Shown here: positions 9,698 to 16,790 of the stretch, piece after piece
How positions within the stretch are numbered: position 1 is the first letter of the stretch
Layout: every line of letters begins with the position of its first letter
Origin: Gammaproteobacteria bacterium
GTDB taxonomy: Bacteria > Pseudomonadota > Gammaproteobacteria > S012-40
Reading direction: 5' to 3'
Assembly: GCA_029881255.1 (NCBI GenBank)
Contig: JAOUMY010000004.1
Coordinates: 53,313-85,312 of the forward strand
DNA: 32,000 nt
The notes under the pieces: model-generated
Database searches by the model: none
The model's input: only the letters and a program-made list of their open reading frames with translations
Told to the model about the DNA's origin: nothing
Program-made: the position numbers and the translations under genes

Positions 9698-11245
9698 ATG
9701 TACAGCGGAACCCTCATTCAATTGGTGAGATTGAGTCTGTTATCAGTGTTGATGACAGCGCCTGTATATGCATGGGATAGGTTAGAACAATTACCAATAC
9801 CGTCTGCAAGGGAGTTGCTCGATGATGAGAAACCCCTTTTTAATCAATCGATAAAGCTTATGGTTGAGGGCAAAAACTCCGATGCGATACGTGCACTACA
9901 ACCGATGGCTGAGGGCGGCGTCGTTGATGCCCAGGTCGCCCTTGGAAATATTTTGGCCCATGAGTCAACTCAGCAACAGCAAAAGAGTGGTTATCGTTAT
10001 CTCTACTTCGCAGCCAATAATGGAAATTGGCATGCGCAGCTGGTGGTATCCAATGCTTTTCGTGAAGGAATTTTTACGCCGGTAGACTATGGCAAGGCGC
10101 GTCATTGGCTTAAACGGGCAGCAGTAAACGGCGATGCCGCCATAGTGTCTCAGGAAACTGAGGCCTTGAATCACACCATGATGCTGGAGTCGGTGTCGCA
10201 GCTAGAGCAGGCACAATACGATGAGGCAGAAAAACTCTTACGCGAACTGGCAGAAGAAAACGTCGTCTCCGCACAGGAAAAGTTGGCGGGTATTTATCAG
10301 AACGGCTTTCTGGGCGAGGACAAAAAAGATGTTGCGCAGAATTGGTGGCATAGAGCCGCGCAACTTGGCTCTCAGGAAGCACAATACCAATTGGCCATGT
10401 CGTATTTTTCCAGTCCTGCCATTAGTGACGAACAACGTCAAAACGCTATTCGTATGCTGGAAAAGGCCGCACAACCGGGTAAGGCTGAGGCGCAATATCA
10501 ACTCGGCATTATCTATCTGACCGGTCAAGGTACAGACAAAGATGCGGATAAGGGTATTTTCTATTACCGCATGGCCGCAGAGCAGGGAAATGTGGATGCG
10601 CAGTACTCCCTTGGTGTTCGTTACGTCCTCGGTGAGGGCGTGAGTAAAAATGAATATGAAGCCCATCGTTGGTTTAAGGCCGCCGCTGATCGCGGTATGT
10701 CGAAGGCGATGCACAATCTCGCCTTAACGTATTTATATGGAATGGGCACTGAACCGGATGCCCAGATGGCAGAACGCTGGTTCCGATCCGCGGCAAGAGA
10801 CGGCGTGGAGAAATCGACGGGATTTATTCAACAAGACACTTCAGTCCAACCAACGCTGGTTCGGGTTGCCGATGCAACACCGAGTGCAACAAAACCTAAG
10901 ACCAGCAAAAAAGCGACGGTTACGAATACTCGGAAAGTTGAAACAGTAAACGGCGCAGACTGGTTTCTCAACCTTCCGACCAAAGGATACACTTTGCAGG
11001 TACTGTCTGCCGCGAATCCCCGTAGTGTCGATGCATTTCTTTCAAAGCACAGGTTAAAGCGAAAAAACTATTTGCACTATATCGATCGATCCAATAAACG
11101 ACCTTTGCATGTTGTTCAATACGGCTATTTTGACAGTCGTGAAGAGGCGGAAAAAGCAGCGAAAGATATGTCGAAGACGCGAAAGAATTTTGAGCCATGG
11201 ATACGTGATGTAAAAAGTATCCGTAATAAAATTGTCAATATATGA
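9698..11245 (+). CDS. Periplasmic Sel1-repeat protein with a C-terminal SPOR peptidoglycan-binding domain
   Basis: Signal peptide MYSGTLIQLVRLSLLSVLMTAPVYA/WD. At least 7 Sel1-like repeats, e.g. AQYQLGIIYLTGQGTDKDADKGIFYYRMAAEQGNVDAQYSLGVRYVLGEGVSKNEYEAHRWFKAAADRGMSKAMHNLALTYLYGMG. A Ser/Thr/Lys-rich linker follows. The SPOR-like C-terminus reads GYTLQVLSAANPRSVDAFLSKH...LHVVQYGYFDSREEAEKAAKDM. Its stop overlaps the motA-like ATG (ATGA at 11242). Confidence 0.85.
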   Translation: MYSGTLIQLVRLSLLSVLMTAPVYAWDRLEQLPIPSARELLDDEKPLFNQSIKLMVEGKNSDAIRALQPMAEGGVVDAQVALGNILAHESTQQQQKSGYRYLYFAANNGNWHAQLVVSNAFREGIFTPVDYGKARHWLKRAAVNGDAAIVSQETEALNHTMMLESVSQLEQAQYDEAEKLLRELAEENVVSAQEKLAGIYQNGFLGEDKKDVAQNWWHRAAQLGSQEAQYQLAMSYFSSPAISDEQRQNAIRMLEKAAQPGKAEAQYQLGIIYLTGQGTDKDADKGIFYYRMAAEQGNVDAQYSLGVRYVLGEGVSKNEYEAHRWFKAAADRGMSKAMHNLALTYLYGMGTEPDAQMAERWFRSAARDGVEKSTGFIQQDTSVQPTLVRVADATPSATKPKTSKKATVTNTRKVETVNGADWFLNLPTKGYTLQVLSAANPRSVDAFLSKHRLKRKNYLHYIDRSNKRPLHVVQYGYFDSREEAEKAAKDMSKTRKNFEPWIRDVKSIRNKIVNI

Positions 11246-12081
11246 GAGCACGGCAGGGCGGATTTATTTCATGGGACACCGTATTCGGCATACTTGCCGG
11301 ATTCGGTTTGTTCGTTTTTGCGGTATGGACATCGACAGACAATGCGTTGGTGTTTTGGAGTGTAGCGAGTTTGTCTATGGTTATCGGCGGTACATTTGCA
11401 GCTACGCTGATTTCATATCAATCCGCCTATGTCATGAAGACGATTAAGGCATTGTTTGGCATTCTAATTCCCACGCGTGTTAGTGCTGGATCTTTATTTG
11501 CCGATGTGGGACGGCTGCTTGAATGGAGTCGTGACGTACGGGAAAAAGGTCCGGCAATATTAGACGATCAGTTGGAAAATGCCGCCGCGAATAAGCTGGA
11601 TAAATTTACGGTGCACGGACTCAACATGCTTTCCAGCGGCTATAAGGGCGAGGAACTGCGGGAGTTGTTAATGGAACTGACAGAGACGATGTTTGATCGT
11701 TCTCAAGTGCAGGTGGGTGTTCTGAAAACGATGGCGCAGTTTGCGCCAGCATTCGGCATGATAGGCACCTTGGTCGGTCTGGTCATCATGCTGGATAACT
11801 TGAAGGCAGATGTAAGCCAGTTGGGGCAAGGACTTGCCTTAGCATTGATAACAACACTCTACGGTGTAATTGCCGCGAATCTCGTGTTTAAGCCAGCGGC
11901 ACTGAAAACGGATCAAAAAAACAATGTTATGCGCTTTCGAAACACGTTGTTATCTGAAGGGTTTGTGATGCTGAGTGAAAAAGTGGATCCACTCAAAATG
12001 CAGGACAAGTTGAACAGCTTTCTAGATCCCGCAGTTCACTTTGACTTGCTTGCAACAAACGAAAAGGGCAAGAAAAGGTAA
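11242..12081 (+). CDS. MotA/PomA-family stator ion-channel protein (MotA/TolQ/ExbB superfamily, 4-TM MotA type)
   Basis: 279 aa with two N-terminal TM helices. The long cytoplasmic loop has a MotA-type pattern (REKGPAILDDQLEN...FTVHGLNMLSSGYKGEELRELL). The C-terminal TM3/TM4 carry the two conserved prolines (FAPAFGMIGTLVGLVIML and ALITTLYGVIAANLVFKPAALK). Confidence 0.9.
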   Translation: MRARQGGFISWDTVFGILAGFGLFVFAVWTSTDNALVFWSVASLSMVIGGTFAATLISYQSAYVMKTIKALFGILIPTRVSAGSLFADVGRLLEWSRDVREKGPAILDDQLENAAANKLDKFTVHGLNMLSSGYKGEELRELLMELTETMFDRSQVQVGVLKTMAQFAPAFGMIGTLVGLVIMLDNLKADVSQLGQGLALALITTLYGVIAANLVFKPAALKTDQKNNVMRFRNTLLSEGFVMLSEKVDPLKMQDKLNSFLDPAVHFDLLATNEKGKKR

Positions 12082-12087
12082 AACGCC

Positions 12088-12768
12088 ATGGCTACCAGAT
12101 ACCGAAAACGGTCTGCGGTGTCGGACGAAGATAGCGAAGACTGGTTGCTGACATACTCGGATGCGGTGACATTGTTGATGACGTTTTTAGTTTTGATGTT
12201 GTCCGTATCGACTATCGATCAGGCGAAATATGAGCAGGTTGTAGAGTCGATTAAAGAGAAAGGCCTGGATCAGGACAAGCAGTATGTATCGCCGTTCGAG
12301 ACGCTACAGGAAAAATTGAATGATGTTGCCAAAGAACATGATATGGAAAAAAACATGACCGTGACGCGCCAACCAAAAGGGCTGACGATAGAGTTGGCAT
12401 CGTCCAGTTTGTATACCGTGGGTTCTGCAGACATACAGGATGCGGCACTGGCGGCCTTGAGTGATGTGGCGTCGTCGATAAAAGGTTTTGACTATGACAA
12501 TTACCAGGTGGAGATTGAGGGGCATACGGACAATGTGGCAATCAATACCGAGCGCTATCCCTCGAATTGGGAGTTGTCTGTGCACCGGGCAACGAACGTC
12601 GTGCGCCATTTTCTGCAGAGTGGCATCGATAACGATCGTATCAAGGTCGCAGGTTATGCCGATACGCGTCCAAAAGTACCGAACCAGGACGTAGCTGGAA
12701 ATGCAATCCCTGGTAATCAGGCTATCAACCGACGCGTGGTGATTCACGTGGTGAGAAAAGAGGATTAG
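12088..12768 (+). CDS. MotB/PomB-family stator protein with an OmpA-like peptidoglycan-binding domain
   Basis: 226 aa. The N-terminal TM has the conserved channel Asp (DWLLTYSDAVTLLMTFLVLML). The C-terminal OmpA-like motif is IEGHTDNVAINTERYPSNWELSVHRATNVVRHFLQSGIDNDRIKVAGYADTRP...NRRVVIHV. It starts 6 nt after the motA-like stop. Confidence 0.9.
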   Translation: MATRYRKRSAVSDEDSEDWLLTYSDAVTLLMTFLVLMLSVSTIDQAKYEQVVESIKEKGLDQDKQYVSPFETLQEKLNDVAKEHDMEKNMTVTRQPKGLTIELASSSLYTVGSADIQDAALAALSDVASSIKGFDYDNYQVEIEGHTDNVAINTERYPSNWELSVHRATNVVRHFLQSGIDNDRIKVAGYADTRPKVPNQDVAGNAIPGNQAINRRVVIHVVRKED

Positions 12769-12777
12769 GGGCAGGTA

Positions 12778-13902
12778 ATGGAAATGACTTCACTTGTCAG
12801 AAATGGTAGCAAACGGAAGGCGCTGTTCTTGCTCATGTCTTTTTTCGTGATTTCACCAGACGCAGTGATGGCTGCTGATCCGTCAGCTACACCACAAGTC
12901 GAACGCTTCAAGTTGAGTTATCGCGATGCAGAGATGATTCAGTATATAGATGCTCAGGAAAAATTCGTTAAGTTGCTTGATTCGCCGGGTGTGTTAACAG
13001 AGGAAGTATTAAAGGATATAGATTTTGAAGTAAGAAATATTGCCTTTTATCGCTTCAACGACAGACAGTACAAAAAGTTTCCACGCATATTCTACGACTC
13101 GATTGAACAAAGACTAATGGACCGTTTTATTCGGGCCAAACGTTTCGCAGTACATGAATGTTTTGAATGTAAAACGACACGCGTACTGTTAAAGGAAAAG
13201 CAGTTTTCCGTTTTGCGCCAACTTGATTCGAACGAGGCACTCAACGAAGTGGGGAAGAAAATTGGCGTCGACAGCTTTGTTTTGTGGGAAGCCTATATGT
13301 ATAAGGGTGACCCTATGCTTAATATACGCGTCGTCTCGGCAGCAGATGGTCAGGTCCGATGGTCGAAACAATACCTGAGTGAACCTGCCTATGAATTTGA
13401 GTGGGAGATGTATAGCTCACTGTGGGGAATAAAGGCGATAAGGGCAAGAACTTCGGGTAGTGGTTCGGATATCAGCGTATCGCCCATTCTCGACATAGGT
13501 CTCAGAACCCTGTCGCGCTCAACTATTTCGGACAAAATTTATTATGGCTACGGCGTCGAAGCCTTCTTCAATACGATGTATCGCACCCAGGTGGATCTTT
13601 ACGGCTTGAGTCTGAATGCCCGTGTGGGCGTCGAAATGGATAGTATGCTTGGGCTGGAAATGAAGAACTATGGCAATTGGCTGATGTATCTTTCCGTTGG
13701 TCAGGCGTTCTTGAAAAACAATCCTGTGTTATTGATTCGGGGTGGTCTGGAGATACGTATAAACAGGCGTAATTTTATTGAGATTGGTGGCGTGTTCATT
13801 CCTACGACGACATTTAGCAACGGATCAGCTTTGGCAAATTACAGTGATGTGTCTTCGCTTAGTAACCTTGGTTACGACGTCACTATCGGTTTTCGTTTTT
13901 AG
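12778..13902 (+). CDS. Predicted outer-membrane protein: periplasmic alpha/beta domain (CsgG/LpoB/FlgO-like pattern) plus a C-terminal beta-barrel
   Basis: Sec signal peptide (KRKALFLLMSFFVISPDAVMA/AD). The N-terminal half has the pattern seen in CsgG/LpoB/FlgO-type domains (IAFYRF...IEQRLMDRFIRAKRFAVHE...LNEVGKKIGVDSFVLWEAYMYKGDPMLNIRVVSAADGQVRWS). The C-terminal half has alternating amphipathic strands and ends in a textbook OMP beta-signal (YDVTIGFRF, terminal Phe). I recognised no characterised family. Confidence 0.5.
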   Translation: MEMTSLVRNGSKRKALFLLMSFFVISPDAVMAADPSATPQVERFKLSYRDAEMIQYIDAQEKFVKLLDSPGVLTEEVLKDIDFEVRNIAFYRFNDRQYKKFPRIFYDSIEQRLMDRFIRAKRFAVHECFECKTTRVLLKEKQFSVLRQLDSNEALNEVGKKIGVDSFVLWEAYMYKGDPMLNIRVVSAADGQVRWSKQYLSEPAYEFEWEMYSSLWGIKAIRARTSGSGSDISVSPILDIGLRTLSRSTISDKIYYGYGVEAFFNTMYRTQVDLYGLSLNARVGVEMDSMLGLEMKNYGNWLMYLSVGQAFLKNNPVLLIRGGLEIRINRRNFIEIGGVFIPTTTFSNGSALANYSDVSSLSNLGYDVTIGFRF

Positions 13903-13912
13903 GTGAATTGAC

Positions 13913-14602
13913 ATGGGTAAATATTCTGGTCGATTGAAATTAGTTTACATCTCACTGGTGGTAGTGGCGATCTCCGCTTGTATGCCGCGTATTCCTACCA
14001 ATCAGACTCAGACTCGCGACGTAGCTCTGGAAGACGTGCAGAACGAAATGCAGCAAAAAGGGCAACGAGTCAAGATGATTAATGAGCCCGGGATGATTCA
14101 TATTCAACGCCAGACAGAAGAGTATTCGATCAGCATGGTCCTCGATGCCAGTGACGAAAATATCTATTTCGTGATGGATTTGCCGCAGGAAGAGGAAAAG
14201 ATTCAGGAACCCGTACCGGTTGAAGAGCCACCGCTTCCAGAACCGGAGCAAGTTATCCCTGAGCCACCGCCAGAGGAAGAGAACGCAGTCGAAGAAGAAA
14301 AGCCTGCGCCGGTAGAAGAGGCTGCAACCGTAGAGCCGGAAGTCGACGATACTCGCGCGAGCAAATACATTTTGTATGCGCAAACCTATTTTCTGGAAAA
14401 GAAATATGCACGCGCATTAGAAGAGGTTAACCGTGCCGTAGGCTACTCGCCAGGATCTGCGGTAGCGCATTCATTGCGCGGTTCTATATTTTACAAGCTG
14501 GGCGAAAAAGAACAGGCTCGCAACGCTTGGACACGGGCATTGGAACTCGATGAAAGTCTCGACAATGTTAAGAAAATGTTAGGTCAGTTGGATCAAAAAT
14601 AG
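13913..14602 (+). CDS. Lipoprotein with a Pro/Glu-rich extended linker and C-terminal TPR repeats
   Basis: Lipobox VVVAISAC. The acidic proline-rich tract is QEPVPVEEPPLPEPEQVIPEPPPEEENAVEEEKPAPVEEAATVEPEV. The C-terminal TPR-like helices are YILYAQTYFLEKKYARALEEVNRAVGYSPGSAVAHSLRGSIFYKLGEKEQARNAWTRALELD. An AGGTGA Shine-Dalgarno lies 6 nt upstream of the ATG. Confidence 0.7.
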   Translation: MGKYSGRLKLVYISLVVVAISACMPRIPTNQTQTRDVALEDVQNEMQQKGQRVKMINEPGMIHIQRQTEEYSISMVLDASDENIYFVMDLPQEEEKIQEPVPVEEPPLPEPEQVIPEPPPEEENAVEEEKPAPVEEAATVEPEVDDTRASKYILYAQTYFLEKKYARALEEVNRAVGYSPGSAVAHSLRGSIFYKLGEKEQARNAWTRALELDESLDNVKKMLGQLDQK

Positions 14603-14626
14603 TTGCTTGTACCGGGAATCTGCATA

Positions 14627-16735
14627 ATGTTTGAATCGGGTCATAAACGCAAATTGATAATCAGAGCACTAGCGCTGGTGTTGTGCTATCTCATTGCGTT
14701 CCCGGTCGGCCTTGCAGAGGAGATCGAGCGACGTAGTAAGGTCAGTGATCTGGCACGCAGTACATTCGAGAAGGATCTGGAGCAGCGACTTTCCCGCGAT
14801 ATCAAAGCCTATCTCAATCACGAATTCTTTATCGTACAAATAAATGCGCAACTGGAAAATATCGAGAAGTGGGATATCAGCGAAGTTGTGGTGCCGGTTG
14901 AGCCGCCTCCTCAAGCTCCACCACAGGCTGCACCTCAAGCTCCACCACCGGTACCCGCGATAGATGAAAAGAAGAAAACGATATTATCGCAGATGGAGCT
15001 CGATACCAAAGACGGAATCAATAGTAGTATTCTGGAAAAAAGTATCGGTGTTGATACGGCTTTGCCCGGTGTACCTTTGTCCGATGAATTTATCGAGGAA
15101 GAACGAAAACGTTTGGTTGAGTTGGAGCAACTCAAACAGGAACTGAAGCAAAAACTGGAAGAGCCGCCGAAAGCGGAACCACCAGCGCCACCTCCACCAG
15201 TGCCTCAGGTGCAAACAAAAAAGGAAAAGGTAGAAAAACTACTCAGTAAACAGGAAGCGATCCGTAAACTGAATGCAAAGGTGATGCTGGATGAACACGT
15301 CTCTCCGGAGCAGGAAGTGTTTATTCGCAATCTGGTGATAGAGAAGGCCGATCTCTCTTTTTTGCGTGGAGACGAACTACGTATTTTGCGTTCCAAGTTT
15401 CCTGCGGCATCAGTACTGGATGAGCCAGTAGAAGAAGAGCCCAAGCCAGAAGAAGTACCGGAGGAGGCGGCTGAAACTCCGGCGGAAGAACCTCCCACAT
15501 GGTGGGAGGAAAATTGGCAATACGTGCTCGCGGCCGGTGCCATTCTAGCGCTGCTATTGCTGTGGCTTTTTGTCAGACGTAGAGAAAAGGCGCCTGTGAA
15601 TACCGAACCCATGGTGGTGGAGTCTGAGGCCTCGCGCAAGCTTGAAGAATTAATCCGAAAAATGCACGAGAAAGTCGATACGGTAAACGAAAACCGTCTT
15701 GGGGCGATTAAGGAAGAAATTGTTAGTCTCGCCGTAACAGATCAGGAAATGGTCAGCGAGCAAATCAAGGAATGGCTTGGTAGTGCCTCTGAGGATGACA
15801 AAAACAAGTCTGGCTTACTTTATCAAATGTTGGGTGAAGGCTTATATCGCGGCTTGGCGCATCCCGTGTTGACACCGGAAAAGCAAATTGCCGTCGTCGG
15901 TAAGATACTCGAAATCGAAGAGATGATGTCTCCCGATGAGAAACTGGCACTGGCGGAAAATGTGTTTCAGGCCATGATGCAACGCCGCTATCAGCAACAA
16001 CACGATTTGCGCGACGAGAATAAACCGTTCGCCTTTCTTGAAAAACTCAATGACGATCAGATTCTATATCTGTTGAAAGAAGAGCCGCTCAAAGTCAAGG
16101 CTTTGGTAATGTCGCAGTTGTCCTCTAATCGAGGTGCGTCCTTACTGAAACGTTTCAACATTGCCAGTCGTAGTAAGATCGCGATGGAGATCAGCCAGTT
16201 CGCCAAGCTACCGGTATCCGCGTTTCGGGATATCGCTAACAGGCTCGCAAAAAAGGCGGTTCACGTTCCGAGTTACGAAAATCTGGAAGTCGAGGGCATC
16301 GATTTGCTGACAGATATGTTGGACCATATGAATTCTGCGGAAGAAACGGCCCTGCTCAAATCCCTGCAGCGAGAAAATCCAGATCTCTACTATGCAATAC
16401 GCCAGGTATATGTCAGCTTCGACGATATCGTACAGATACCTACGCTTGGACTTAAAAATGTTATTCGCGAACTTGATCGTGAAGTGCTTGCCTTGGCCTT
16501 GTATGACGCAGACGAAAGCTACCGTGGCGTAATCTTCGGCACTATGCTGGAAAGGCCTCGGGCAATGCTGCAGTCGTCAATTAAGGCTTTGGGCGTACCG
16601 GAGCCAGATGCGGTGAACGATGCGAAACGCAAAGTGTCACGACAGGCTCGGGCGATGTTAAAGGCGGGTGTATTTGAGATGCCGAGTGGAAAGCCCAATA
16701 AAAAGACGACGCCAAACGAGAAGAAAAGCGCCTAA
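14627..16735 (+). CDS. Bitopic/two-TM membrane protein with FliF-like topology and a cytoplasmic FliG-like (middle + C-terminal) domain
   Basis: The ORF track starts at TTG 14603. The ATG at 14627 ([30 protein letters not shown]) is more plausible.
- Layout: N-terminal hydrophobic anchor or signal, then ~270 aa periplasmic with [17 protein letters not shown] and [15 protein letters not shown] tracts and a coiled coil.
- Second TM: [20 protein letters not shown] followed by RRREK (nt 15515-15574).
- The cytoplasmic ~385 aa are colinear by eye with E. coli FliG: [31 protein letters not shown] vs [38 protein letters not shown] vs [46 protein letters not shown] vs LQEVDSESLLIALKGAEQPLREKFLRNMSQRAADIL. 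Confidence 0.75.
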   Translation: [702 protein letters not shown]

Positions 16736-16790
16736 CAGGCAAAGCCATCGGGTGCATTCCAATCTTTTAATCGAAACGCATTAATCCCTT

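Noticed and set aside
11242-12768. The MotA/MotB-like pair could be ZorAB of a Zorya anti-phage system, or an ExbBD/TolQR pair
   Set aside because: ZorA carries a very long C-terminal coiled-coil tail and is accompanied by ZorC/ZorD-type genes. Here MotA is 279 aa with the ordinary 4-TM MotA layout, and no ZorC/D, TonB or TolA/TolB/Pal-like genes follow. ExbB/TolQ are 3-TM proteins with different loop signatures.
14890-15210. Repetitive CCACC/CCTCC-rich DNA that might be a tandem repeat or contingency locus
   Set aside because: It encodes in-frame polyproline tracts ([26 protein letters not shown]) of the periplasmic spacer. The repeat units are imperfect at the nucleotide level, so this looks like coding low complexity rather than a slippage-prone VNTR.
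10238-15639. Several 90-158-aa antisense or out-of-frame ORFs inside the Sel1, MotB, lipoprotein and FliG-like genes (e.g. 10238-10714, 12304-12747, 13952-14383, 15205-15639)
   Set aside because: They are shadow ORFs opposite strongly supported genes. Their translations are low-complexity (Arg/Ser/Leu-rich) with no domain signatures and no ribosome-binding sites.
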